From Candidatus Zhuqueibacterota bacterium (GTDB lineage: Bacteria > Zhuqueibacterota > Zhuqueibacteria > JANLFK01 > Oleimicrobiaceae), in contig JANLFK010000001.1 of assembly GCA_024655945.1 (NCBI GenBank), forward strand, positions 588,116-652,115: a stretch of 64,000 bases of DNA, given 5' to 3'. Below the pieces are notes generated by a model. The model had not been told where the DNA came from. It saw nothing but the letters and a program-made list of their open reading frames with translations, and ran no database searches. The translations under genes were made by a program, and so were the position numbers. Each line of letters starts with the position of its first letter. Position 1 is the first letter of the stretch. Shown here in pieces: positions 37,028 to 46,454 of the stretch.

Positions 37028-37157
37028 CTTGCGGTCTGTGTTCTACCTTGAAGCACGCCTAAAGATAATCATTTTCCTGAAAAATGCAAGTCTTTTTTTT
37101 GCGATTTTTTTCGGTTGTGAGGGGCGGTTTCCTGGGGCGACCTGCCAGAGAAACCGG

Positions 37158-37186
37158 TTGACAGAGAGCAGACGATTACCTATATT
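37158..37186 (+). promoter_or_regulatory. near-consensus sigma-70 promoter (TTGACA-17-TATATT) for the sigma factor gene
   Basis: TTGACA at 37158-37163, 17-nt spacer, TATATT at 37181-37186; upstream A/T-rich tract. Confidence 0.5.
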
Positions 37187-37228
37187 TCGAGCAGGCTGCA
37201 AAGCATGGCTCACTAACGGCAGGTTCCG

Positions 37229-38086
37229 ATGCCATCCTCCAAGAAACGCCGCGATCGCGCGGAGGGCCATTCCTTGGACAGGTATCTCCGGGAGATCGCG
37301 CGGGAACCTCTCCTTTCTCCCAGCGAGGAGGTGGAGCTTGCGCGCCTGGCGCGGCAAGGCGATACCGCGGCCTTGGAGCGTTTGACCAAGGCGAACCTTC
37401 GCTTTGTGGTCAGCGTCGCCAAGCAATTTCAGAACCAAGGTCTGGCGTTGGGCGACCTCATCAACGAAGGCAATTTGGGGCTCATCAAGGCGGCGACGCG
37501 CTTTGACGAGACCCGAGGGTTCCGCTTCATTTCCTATGCGGTGTGGTGGATCCGGCAGGCGATACTGCAGGCCCTTGCCGAGCAATCGCGCGTTGTGCGT
37601 CTGCCGCTGAACCGTGTGGGTGCGCTGACCCGCATCGGCAAAGCGTTCTCCGCGCTGGAACAGGAGTACGAGCGCGAACCTTCGCCGCAAGAGGTGGCCG
37701 GGGTCTTGGAGATGAGCCCTGTGGATGTGACTGACGCCCTCCGCTTCGCCGGCCGCCACGTCTCGCTCAGCGCCCCTTACTTCGCCGACGACGGCACCTT
37801 GCTTCTCGATACCATTCCCAACCCGGACATCCCTGCTCCGGACTCACCGTTGGTCGAGAAGTCCTTGCAAGAAGAGATCGAGGCTGCCCTTTCCCGGCTC
37901 ACTGCCCGCGAAGCGGAAATCATCCGCCTCTACTATGGCTTAGACCAGGAACCCGCGCTCACCCTGGAGGAAATCGGCACCAGGCTCGGCTTGACCAGGG
38001 AGCGCGTGCGGCAGATCAAAGAAAAGGCACTTCGCAAGTTGCGCCGCTTTGCCAAAGGAAGAGGATTGCGTTCCTACCTGGGCTGA
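37229..38086 (+). CDS. RNA polymerase sigma factor, sigma-70 family (regions 2-4; short primary-like form)
   Basis: Region 2 [28 protein letters not shown]; region 4 [15 protein letters not shown]...[27 protein letters not shown]. Confidence 0.9.
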   Translation: MPSSKKRRDRAEGHSLDRYLREIAREPLLSPSEEVELARLARQGDTAALERLTKANLRFVVSVAKQFQNQGLALGDLINEGNLGLIKAATRFDETRGFRFISYAVWWIRQAILQALAEQSRVVRLPLNRVGALTRIGKAFSALEQEYEREPSPQEVAGVLEMSPVDVTDALRFAGRHVSLSAPYFADDGTLLLDTIPNPDIPAPDSPLVEKSLQEEIEAALSRLTAREAEIIRLYYGLDQEPALTLEEIGTRLGLTRERVRQIKEKALRKLRRFAKGRGLRSYLG

Positions 38087-38170
38087 ACAAAGCCGGGGAA
38101 GGGTCTGCACGCCGTCCCACGCCCGCCAACACAGGTCGCGAAATCTTTTTACACGAATGAAATTTTTTTC

Positions 38171-38199
38171 TTGACAAATGGTGTTTCTTTTATTAAATT
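38171..38199 (+). promoter_or_regulatory. sigma-70-like promoter (TTGACA-17-TAAATT) upstream of the M23 peptidase gene
   Basis: TTGACA at 38171-38176 after a T7 run, 17-nt spacer, TAAATT at 38194-38199. Confidence 0.4.
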
Positions 38200-38309
38200 G
38201 CAGCACACCCTTTGTTCTGCACCCGCTTTCACCCAGGAGAGTGCCTGGGCAGGGGCCACAACAGCTCTTGCCAGGCGGAGGAAACGAGAGGAGACCGAAG
38301 GAAGCACAC

Positions 38310-39230
38310 ATGCGCGGAAAATCGATCAAGTTGATCTACTTCTCCCTGGGGGGGTCAGAGGTGAGGGAGATCAACCTCGGATGGAGACACGCAGTGCTCC
38401 TGGGGGTTTCTGCTGTGGCGATGATAGGCGTGGTAGTGGTGGGTGTGCTGACGTTGTTTACGGACTTTTTTCAGGACGCTCGCCTCAAGAGCCTGGCAAG
38501 CGCGAACATGGCCCTCAACATCCGCTTGGCCGACATGGGCGCGCAGATCGACCGCATCCAGTCCAAGATTGTGGAGCTGGAGAAGAAAGACAACGACATG
38601 CGCATCTTCGTCGATCTGGACACCCTGGGTAGTGGCGTGAGAGCAGCGGGCGTGGGCGGCTTCACCAAGAGCATAGACTATCCCGAGCCTCCTGCCGGCT
38701 CGCCGCTGGCGACCACAGAGAGCTCCAAAACGTTGCTCGACGAGCTTGAGCGGCGCCTGCAGCTGCTGAAGACCAGCCGCGAGCAAATCGAAGCAAAGTG
38801 GCAGAGCAAGCAAGACCTTTACAACCACACCCCTTCCATTCCGCCGGTGGAAAACTACCGCATCACCGACACCTTTGGCATGCGCCGGCACCCGTTCACC
38901 GGCCGGCGGACGATGCACGAGGGTTTGGACTTTGCCGCCCACCGAGGCGAGCCGGTCTATGCCACTGCTGATGGCGTGGTTATTTCGGCGGTAGACAGGT
39001 TCAGACCCAACAATGGCTACGGCAAGGAGGTCATCGTTGACCACGGCTACGGTAAGCAGACGCGGTATGCGCACCTCTCCAAGGTGCTGGTGAGGCAAGG
39101 GCAACGCGTTTCCCGTTGGGATGTCATCGGTCTTCTTGGCGACACCGGTCAGGCCACCGGACCCCATGTGCACTATGAGGTCTTGGTGGAAGGAAAACCG
39201 GTCAATCCGAAGGACTTTATCTTAGAATAG
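38310..39230 (+). CDS. M23/LytM-family metallopeptidase with N-terminal TM and coiled coil
   Basis: HxxxD (MHEGLDF) and HxH (GPHVHYEV) catalytic motifs; ATG at 38310 with AAGGAAG upstream. Confidence 0.85.
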   Translation: MRGKSIKLIYFSLGGSEVREINLGWRHAVLLGVSAVAMIGVVVVGVLTLFTDFFQDARLKSLASANMALNIRLADMGAQIDRIQSKIVELEKKDNDMRIFVDLDTLGSGVRAAGVGGFTKSIDYPEPPAGSPLATTESSKTLLDELERRLQLLKTSREQIEAKWQSKQDLYNHTPSIPPVENYRITDTFGMRRHPFTGRRTMHEGLDFAAHRGEPVYATADGVVISAVDRFRPNNGYGKEVIVDHGYGKQTRYAHLSKVLVRQGQRVSRWDVIGLLGDTGQATGPHVHYEVLVEGKPVNPKDFILE

Positions 39231-39264
39231 ACGCGCGCAATCCGTGTGTCCAGGAAGAGCACAA

Positions 39265-39298
39265 GGCCCACCGCTCAGGGTGGGCTTTTTTTCTACCC
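39265..39298 (+). terminator. rho-independent terminator after the M23 peptidase gene
   Basis: GGCCCACC-gctca-GGGTGGGC followed by TTTTTTTC. Confidence 0.6.
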
Positions 39299-39388
39299 GG
39301 TCGTCCTGGGCCTGGCAAGGTGCGCAGCCCCGAAAAGCAGGCACATCACCTGCACCGTCGGCAGAAAGGCTGGCGATACTGAGGCGCC

Positions 39389-40474
39389 ATGAAACGACGG
39401 AGCGCACGACCCTTTGCAAAACTCGGCCTGTTATCCATCTGCCTGGCAATGACCCTTGGGGGAATGGTGCTCCTGCGGGCCCCACAGGCTCTGCTCGCAG
39501 ACGACCCCATCGGGCCAGCCCCTCCCGACCCTCTCGTCCTGCGTGGCATCGAGCTCACCGTCAACCACCACTACCAAGAGGCGCAAAGCTGCTTTGACTC
39601 CTTGGCCAACTCCTTGCCCGACCACCCGGCTGGCCCTTTTTTCAAGGCGGCGGTGCTCCATTCAAGGATGTTGGACTATGAATCGGACCGGGGCACTGCA
39701 GAGTTCGCCCGCCTCGTGCAGGAGGCCATTGCTTCTGCCAGCCGTCGCCTGCACCAGAATCCTTCGGATGCGTGGTGCCTTTTCTTCCGTGGAGCCGCAT
39801 ACGGCTATCGGGCGTTCCACGCCGCACGCCAGGGACAATACCTCGCGGCCTTTCACGATGGGCAACTTTCCGTGCAGGACTTGGAGAAGGCAGTGACGCT
39901 CGACTCGTCGCTGGCCGATGCCTACCTCGGCATCGGCAGCTACAAGTACTGGCGTGGCAAGCTTCTCCGCTACTTAAGCTGGCTTCCCTTTGTGCCCGAT
40001 GAGCGTGAGGAGGGAATTCGCCTCATCCGCCTGGCCATTGCGAAGGGGCGGTACTGCTACCTGACCGGTCTCAACGATTTGGCATGGGTCCTCATCGATG
40101 CGGGCAGGTTTGACGAGGCAGCGCAGGCTGCACAGAGGGGGTTAGCGTCCTACCCGGAGAGCCGCTTCTTCTTGTGGCCGCTTGCCGAGGCCTACTTCGC
40201 CAAGCAGGACTACCCCGCGGCGGTGCACTGGTACGAATGCCTGTTGGCGTCCGTGCTACGGGCGCCGGAGAACAATCACTACAACGAAATCATATGCCGC
40301 CTGAAGTTGGCCCGCGCCTATTGTGCCTTGGGCCAGGCCGACAAGGCGCGCATGCACGCCACCACGGTCCTCAGCCTGAAGTTAGAAAAGGAGATTGCGC
40401 AGCGGGCGAAAAAGAAGCTGGCGCTGGCCAGGGAGATACTCGAACGCTGCGGTCCTCCCGCAGATGCTCCATGA
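39389..40474 (+). CDS. TPR-repeat protein with signal peptide
   Basis: Signal MKRRSARPFAKLGLLSICLAMTLGGMVLL; repeated helical A/Y/L-rich TPR-like units. Confidence 0.75.
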   Translation: MKRRSARPFAKLGLLSICLAMTLGGMVLLRAPQALLADDPIGPAPPDPLVLRGIELTVNHHYQEAQSCFDSLANSLPDHPAGPFFKAAVLHSRMLDYESDRGTAEFARLVQEAIASASRRLHQNPSDAWCLFFRGAAYGYRAFHAARQGQYLAAFHDGQLSVQDLEKAVTLDSSLADAYLGIGSYKYWRGKLLRYLSWLPFVPDEREEGIRLIRLAIAKGRYCYLTGLNDLAWVLIDAGRFDEAAQAAQRGLASYPESRFFLWPLAEAYFAKQDYPAAVHWYECLLASVLRAPENNHYNEIICRLKLARAYCALGQADKARMHATTVLSLKLEKEIAQRAKKKLALAREILERCGPPADAP

Positions 40475-40504
40475 CGCTCCTCAGACCCAGCCCCCGTGGA
40501 GTCC

Positions 40505-40876
40505 TCAGAAACTGTAGCGTATGCCCACCTGGTTAACTGGCTTGCCCACAAAGGTGCCGTGCACACGTTGGTAGTTGACGGCCACTTTCCCCACCACGTA
40601 TTTCAGCACGCCGGCTTCTAGATAGTAGTCGGTGGCGTAGCCGGGAGTGAGATGCCGATTGAAATCCGCGGTGAACTCCACCTGGAACCACCACTTGAGC
40701 TTGACCTGATTGATGGACACAATCTGCAGGGTGTTGCCAGCGCTGGCGCCGGAATCGAACGCGTTCTTGTACAGGGACACATCGTTCACCAGTGGGCAAA
40801 AACCCACCAGCTTTTCGCCTGCCCCGGCCAGACCGACCAAGAAAAAGAGCAGAAGACCGCACGCCAAGATGCGCAT
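40505..40876 (-). CDS. small outer-membrane beta-barrel-like protein (hypothetical)
   Basis: Signal MRILACGLLLFFLVGLAGAG; alternating beta pattern; C-terminal ...GIRYSF; GAGGAG RBS. Confidence 0.5.
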   Translation of the reverse strand: MRILACGLLLFFLVGLAGAGEKLVGFCPLVNDVSLYKNAFDSGASAGNTLQIVSINQVKLKWWFQVEFTADFNRHLTPGYATDYYLEAGVLKYVVGKVAVNYQRVHGTFVGKPVNQVGIRYSF

Positions 40877-40942
40877 GTTGGGCTCCTCGCAGTCTGCGAA
40901 GCTAACGGTAACGCAAAGTCGAGACGAGCGGTGCCAGCGCGC

Positions 40943-41842
40943 TCAGATGCCGGTCACTATGGCACCGCCGTGCACTTTGTAGGCGAAGGCCATGCGCGGG
41001 GTATTGAAGGCCCAGCCGAGCTGTCCTCGCGGGTTGATGGCGATGGCGCCCCCCAGTCCTTGCACCTTCCTGCCGAGAATGGCAACCCCTTCGGCCACCG
41101 CCTCCCTGCTGTCGAAGCCGGCTCCCATGAGGTCGCAGATGGTCTTGGCGAGGACGACGCGCATGATCGCCTCGCCCCAGCCGCTGGCTGACACCGCCCC
41201 TGTGGCATCGTCGGCGTAGGTGCCGCAGCCGATGAGGGCCGAGTCGCCCACTCTGCCGGGCAGTTTGAGGGGCGTGCCGCCGGTGGAGGTGGCTGCTGCC
41301 AAGTGCCCATGCCAGTCGATGGCTACCGCACCGACGGTCCCGCGCGGCTGACTCGCAAAGAAATCGCGGGTTGACAACGAGTCCTGGTTGCGCAGGCGCC
41401 GATAGCGTTCCTGCTCCCGCGCCACTACCAGTTCCTCTGGCGAGCAGAGGGCCATTCCCTGGTTGGCGGCAAAATGCCATGCCCCCTCACCCACCACCAG
41501 GACGTGCTGGCTGTACTCCATGACCGCTCGCGCGAGCATGATTGGGTTCCGCACGAAGCGTACCGCAGCCACCGCTCCCGCCCGCAAAGTCGCGCCGTCC
41601 ATGAGCATGGCGTCTAACTCCACCTCGCCAGCGGCATTGAGCGCCGCACCATAGCCCGCGTCAAAGGTCGGATCGTCTTCCATGAGCGCCACTGCCGCCT
41701 GGACTGCATCCAAGGCACTCCCCCCACCATCGAGCACAGCCCATCCTGCGGCAACGGCCTTGCGACACCCCTCACGATGCGCTTCAACGGCATCGTCGGG
41801 GATGTCCCATGCACCTCCATGTACGATGATCGCCGGTTTCAC
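40943..41842 (-). CDS. isoaspartyl peptidase / L-asparaginase (Ntn hydrolase, plant-type)
   Basis: Autoprocessing-site nucleophile context GTVGAVAID, HGGAWD, GGTPLKLPGRVGDSALIGCGTYADD; GTG at 41842 six nt after AAGGAG. Confidence 0.85.
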   Translation of the reverse strand: MKPAIIVHGGAWDIPDDAVEAHREGCRKAVAAGWAVLDGGGSALDAVQAAVALMEDDPTFDAGYGAALNAAGEVELDAMLMDGATLRAGAVAAVRFVRNPIMLARAVMEYSQHVLVVGEGAWHFAANQGMALCSPEELVVAREQERYRRLRNQDSLSTRDFFASQPRGTVGAVAIDWHGHLAAATSTGGTPLKLPGRVGDSALIGCGTYADDATGAVSASGWGEAIMRVVLAKTICDLMGAGFDSREAVAEGVAILGRKVQGLGGAIAINPRGQLGWAFNTPRMAFAYKVHGGAIVTGI

Positions 41843-41991
41843 CTCTTGCTCCTTGCACCCATAACTATCGCCGGCTCTATTGAGCACCAACGGCTCTCCT
41901 CAGCCGCCGGAGGACCGAGTCGCGAACCCCCCAGGGAGCATTCTCGCCGATCCGAGGCGGCCTGTACAGTGAGCCGGCCCAAGAGAAGGCT

Positions 41992-42348
41992 TCACCCCCT
42001 CGCTCCGGGCCCCACTTTGAACACCAACGTGGCCACCAATTCGATAAGCAGGGCATACACGGCACCCATCACCACGATGGCAAAAGCGGTGCCCGTGCCC
42101 ATTTGCGGCGCCTCGAGGAAAAAGGCTGCCAACGGCAGACTAAAGATCGCCCCCAGCACCAGCGCGTGCAGCCACCACCGCAAACGCAGCCTGCTTATGC
42201 CCAAACCGAAGCCCATCACCGTCCTGCCGAGGATGACGGCAAGCGCAGCGGAGGTGCTCACCAACGGGTTCTTGGCGCTTATCAGGCCCCAGCAGACTAC
42301 GCCGAACACCAGACCCAGCAGCGTGCACAGGATAAGGCGCTTGTCCAC
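41992..42348 (-). CDS. small integral membrane protein (hypothetical)
   Basis: 118 aa, three to four predicted TM helices. Confidence 0.5.
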   Translation of the reverse strand: MDKRLILCTLLGLVFGVVCWGLISAKNPLVSTSAALAVILGRTVMGFGLGISRLRLRWWLHALVLGAIFSLPLAAFFLEAPQMGTGTAFAIVVMGAVYALLIELVATLVFKVGPGARG

Positions 42349-42373
42349 TGCTCCTCCCTTCGTCTGTCACCTT

Positions 42374-43849
42374 TCAGGATTTTTCTGGAAAGAGCTTGGC
42401 CAGGCTCGCCTTGCTTGGCGGCGGGGTCAGCAGGCTCACCACCACCAGACCAAGGAAAGAGGCCAGAAACGCCGGATATATGCTGGGAATGCCCCACGGG
42501 TCGCCACCTTTGAGCACCGAGGGAAAGGCGTAAGGAATCACCACCTCGAGAACCAGCGCCACCACTGCCCCTGCCACGATGGAGGTCACGCCGCCCGCCT
42601 TGGTGGCACGTTTCCACGCCAGTGCTGCGATCAGCGCCGGCGTAATGGCCACACCGTACATGGTGTAGGCAAAGTAGGAATACTTGAGCACCGAAATGGG
42701 CAGATGGAGGACCGTGGGGACAAAGATCATTAGGAACGCGCACAAGCCTAAGATGACAATGAAGGTCTTTTGCAGAGCAACCATCCGCTTTTGCTCTGCC
42801 TGCGGGTTGAGAAAACGCTGATAGATGTCGCGCATGATGCTGGTAGTCGGCGAGAGCAGGTAGTTCATGCCCGTGGAGATGACGACGGCACACGCTGCTG
42901 CCAAGAGGAAAAGTCCCACGGGTGCCGGCACCATGTGCCGGGCCGCCTGCAGCACCACCGAGGCAGGATCGATCCCCTTGCCCCAGAAATAGGCCGCGCC
43001 GTAGATGGCAATCACCACCACCACGGTCTCCACCACGATCGTGCCCAGAATCCAGAAGACCACCGCCTTGCGCGCCTCCCTTGCGCTGCCGGCACTGTAG
43101 AATTTCTGGTACATGCTTTGGACCCCGAGCAACAGGAGCATGGTGGCAAGGCAGTAGCTGAGCGCCTTCAGGACAGGGTACTGGCCAAAGTCAGGAGAAA
43201 AGACCGCCATGTGCCCTGGTGGGAGCGTCTGGGCGGCGGCTTTCCATCCTCCGGCGGCGGCCACGGTGAAGGGTGTCGCCACGCAGCAAGCCAGCACAAT
43301 GATGATGCCGTTCGGCAGGTCGGTGTGAGCCACCGCCACCATGCCGCCCAAGGCGACAAAAAGAATCACAAAGCCGGCGGCCAGCGCCTGGCCCACCTCC
43401 ACGCTCACTCTCCCATCAGTGATCACGTTGAGAATGTAACCACCCGCCCGGAACTGGTAGGAGACGATGGTCGTGAAGGCGATGATGAGGGCAATCGCCC
43501 CGAACAGGCGGGCAAACTTGCCATAGCGCTCCTCCAAGATGTCGCCCACCGTGTACTGCCCGAACGTGCGGATTTTGCCGGCAAGGAAGTAGATGATCGC
43601 AATGCCCACCCACGCTCCGGCAGGCAGCCAGAGCGAACTCCATCCCGCCTTGTATGCATACTCGGCGCCGGCAATGAAGGTGCCGGAACCGATCCAGGTA
43701 CAGACCAGGGTAAAGACCATCTTCGTGGTGTTTAGGCTACGCCCGGCCACCATCATGTCGTCCTGCGTCTTCACCCGCCCTGCCCGGTAGAAGTTGAGCA
43801 CAGTCAGCACCAGCAGATAGCCCAAGATGACGTACAGATACCAGACCAT
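42374..43849 (-). CDS. sodium:solute symporter family transporter
   Basis: 491 aa, multi-TM, SSF-type N-terminal region GRSLNTTKMVFTLVCTWIGSGTFIAGAE; ATG at 43849 with GGGAGGG upstream. Confidence 0.85.
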   Translation of the reverse strand: MVWYLYVILGYLLVLTVLNFYRAGRVKTQDDMMVAGRSLNTTKMVFTLVCTWIGSGTFIAGAEYAYKAGWSSLWLPAGAWVGIAIIYFLAGKIRTFGQYTVGDILEERYGKFARLFGAIALIIAFTTIVSYQFRAGGYILNVITDGRVSVEVGQALAAGFVILFVALGGMVAVAHTDLPNGIIIVLACCVATPFTVAAAGGWKAAAQTLPPGHMAVFSPDFGQYPVLKALSYCLATMLLLLGVQSMYQKFYSAGSAREARKAVVFWILGTIVVETVVVVIAIYGAAYFWGKGIDPASVVLQAARHMVPAPVGLFLLAAACAVVISTGMNYLLSPTTSIMRDIYQRFLNPQAEQKRMVALQKTFIVILGLCAFLMIFVPTVLHLPISVLKYSYFAYTMYGVAITPALIAALAWKRATKAGGVTSIVAGAVVALVLEVVIPYAFPSVLKGGDPWGIPSIYPAFLASFLGLVVVSLLTPPPSKASLAKLFPEKS

Positions 43850-43924
43850 GCCATGCCCTCCCGTTGCGTTACCTTCCTCTGTTCCTTGCTAAGACTGCCG
43901 GACCACGCACTGCGCGCTGGTCGT

Positions 43925-46414
43925 TCAGCGGATGAGCACCATCTTGCGCCACTCCACGCCTTCTTCGCCCACCAGCCGATAGAGATAGACTCCCGCGGCC
44001 AATGTCGCCCCGTCGAACCGCACCCGATGCGGCCCTGCGCTCATTCTCTGGTCCAGCACGGTGCACACCTGTGCCCCAAGCGGGTTGAACACATCCAGGC
44101 GTACTCTGCTCTCGTGGGGCAGTTCAAAACAGATCTCTGTGACCGGATTGAAAGGGTTCGGGTAGTTTTGGTGGAGGCGGAAAGCCTTGGGCAACGCTCC
44201 TTCGCGCGGGGCCTCCACAGCGGTCTGCAGGTAGTGGGCAGTAAAGTCGTCGAAGTAGAGCACGCCGGCGTCCTTGCGATTGTCGTCGGTCTCCGCCAAG
44301 TAGATGCGCTTCCAGGTAATTGGAAAAGTGAGAACCGCCGCGGGGTTACTCCAGTGCACAATCACGCTGTCCATGGACACGCGCAGGTAGCGCCAAGTGC
44401 CAGACCAATTGATGCCAGGCGATGCCGGGGTAAAGTTCACCAAGAACTTTTCGCCATCGGCGTCGGCAAACTCCCCGCGCAGCCAGTGACCTTTGCCATC
44501 GCCATACACGTGCACGCCCACCGCAGTAGGTGTCCCCGAGAGCGGAATCGAGCATTCCATGTACAGAGCGCTCGTCCCCCCAGTGGCCAGGGAATAGGTG
44601 AGCTTTCCGGAGGTAGGCGGGGAGAAGATGACGGCGCTATCAAGCGTCAGACTGCAGGCCGGCAGGTTGACCCGCACGCCGGTCAGACTCCAGCGCGCAA
44701 GAGAGCTAAAGTCGTCCACCACTACGTCCGTGGGAAGGCCAACGTAGACGGCGGCAGAGCCTACCACGCTTCGATACGCCGCCCTAATCTCGCCCTCCCC
44801 CGGTTTCACCGCAGTGAAGACTCCTGTGGCGCTGACGGTGCCCACCTCTCCCACCACCGACCAGTGGTAATCGGTGGCCAGCAGACTGATCTGACTGCCG
44901 AAGCTGTCGTTGGCCCGTGCGGTGATAGTTTGCGTTTGACCAACTTGCAGCACCACCGGATTGGGCGTCAGGGTAATGGCTGCCACCCTGGTGATGCGCA
45001 CCATGGCCGAGTCGCGTGCCACGCCCGCAGTGGCGTAGACGTACCCAGAGGTATCGTGCAGTCCGGCCACAAACGTGCCTTGGGCGTTGATGCTCCCTAT
45101 CCACGGATCGCAGCTCCAGGCCACGGTGCCGGCCGGCAGGCTGAGCGGGTTATAGAACTCGTCAAACCCTTGCACGGTAAAGCGCAGCGTCCCTTCAGAG
45201 AGGACAAAGGCCTCCCGTGGCGAGATGCGCAGCACGCGCAGTGGTCCGGTAGGGGCGTTGCTCACCACCAGCAGCGCGTTTGCTACCGGCCGCTCCGTGC
45301 CATCCGAAGGGCTATTCACCACGCGGCCGCGCACGACCATGGTGGTGGAGCCGCCGCCATCCAAGTTCACCGCCTGATGCACACCCCATTCCCGCATGTA
45401 CGCGGCGAGCTCAAAAAGGGACATCCCCACGCTGTACCCGGCCTGACGGCCATCCACGGTGACAAAGAACAGCTTCGTAGAGTCGGCAGAAAAGCCCACT
45501 GCCGTTCGCGGATGGCGATCGTAAGCAAAGTTCTTGTTGGTGAGCCCCTCCTGGTCCCATTCCACCGAGACGGCCCCGTCGCGAATGATGCGCGGCACGC
45601 CACCGACTAACTCGACAATCCGCTTGCGCGTGGGGGGCAAGCGCAGCACCACGGCCACGGTATCCCCCACGAAAACATGGGCATTCAGAAAGGCGCTCGC
45701 CTGTCCGTGGCCAGAAAGAACGACGCCGTTCCTCGGAATGGCCGCATTCCCGTGGCCAGCCGCCATGATGCTATCCTTGGTGGTGGCAACCAGCCACACC
45801 GTATCGTTGACCGCGAAATCGCTGCCCAGATACTGCGCCACGACTTCGGTACCCCAGTAGTTCGTGCGGGTGTTGTTCCCGTAGAAGGAGTTGTAGATGA
45901 TGAGCTCGTCGGTATCTCTGCTTTCGTTGACGCCGTTCACCGCTGCTTGTCCCTTCTTGCTGATGAGGGTGCCGGCAAAGGTGACGATATCGATGAGCGG
46001 GCGGCGCTCGTCAGTGTAGGCAAAGACCGAGCGGCTAATCGGCCGCTTGATGAGCACGCCTCTCACCACCTGCGCCCCAATGGGGGTGCCGTCGGTTTCC
46101 CAAAAGTCGGCGTTCATGGCGCCAACCACCTTGTGCCCCTCGCGGTCGCTGCGGGCAGCCATGGCCGAGGTCAACTCCCGCCCTCCGGAGAGCAGGTCGT
46201 TGGACTTGACGCTTTCGATGGCCACCCACGGGTTGGTCAGATCGATTTCCAGCACATGGAAGTGCCATGGGCCAGCCTCCCGGTATTCGTGGTGGTGCAC
46301 CACGCCCGGGCCCACTGGCACACTCTCCTTCCAATCCGCTACGGCGATGCCGCAGAAGGCTGCCAAGGCCACAATGAGCAGCAAGAGCAGTTTCTTCGGG
46401 ATTCGGGAATTCAT
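43925..46414 (-). CDS. phosphodiester-glycosidase-like (NAGPA/DUF2233-type) surface protein with Ig-like domains and T9SS type-A sorting domain
   Basis: Signal MNSRIPKKLLLLLIVALAAF; GAMNADFWETDG and NLDGGGSTTM motifs; Big_2-like segments; C-terminus LHQNYPNPFNPVTEICFEL...GVYLYRL; ATG at 46414 with AAGGAGC upstream. Confidence 0.8.
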   Translation of the reverse strand: MNSRIPKKLLLLLIVALAAFCGIAVADWKESVPVGPGVVHHHEYREAGPWHFHVLEIDLTNPWVAIESVKSNDLLSGGRELTSAMAARSDREGHKVVGAMNADFWETDGTPIGAQVVRGVLIKRPISRSVFAYTDERRPLIDIVTFAGTLISKKGQAAVNGVNESRDTDELIIYNSFYGNNTRTNYWGTEVVAQYLGSDFAVNDTVWLVATTKDSIMAAGHGNAAIPRNGVVLSGHGQASAFLNAHVFVGDTVAVVLRLPPTRKRIVELVGGVPRIIRDGAVSVEWDQEGLTNKNFAYDRHPRTAVGFSADSTKLFFVTVDGRQAGYSVGMSLFELAAYMREWGVHQAVNLDGGGSTTMVVRGRVVNSPSDGTERPVANALLVVSNAPTGPLRVLRISPREAFVLSEGTLRFTVQGFDEFYNPLSLPAGTVAWSCDPWIGSINAQGTFVAGLHDTSGYVYATAGVARDSAMVRITRVAAITLTPNPVVLQVGQTQTITARANDSFGSQISLLATDYHWSVVGEVGTVSATGVFTAVKPGEGEIRAAYRSVVGSAAVYVGLPTDVVVDDFSSLARWSLTGVRVNLPACSLTLDSAVIFSPPTSGKLTYSLATGGTSALYMECSIPLSGTPTAVGVHVYGDGKGHWLRGEFADADGEKFLVNFTPASPGINWSGTWRYLRVSMDSVIVHWSNPAAVLTFPITWKRIYLAETDDNRKDAGVLYFDDFTAHYLQTAVEAPREGALPKAFRLHQNYPNPFNPVTEICFELPHESRVRLDVFNPLGAQVCTVLDQRMSAGPHRVRFDGATLAAGVYLYRLVGEEGVEWRKMVLIR

Positions 46415-46454
46415 GGTCACTTGCTCCTTATTCCTCCGTGAACTTGTTATTTCT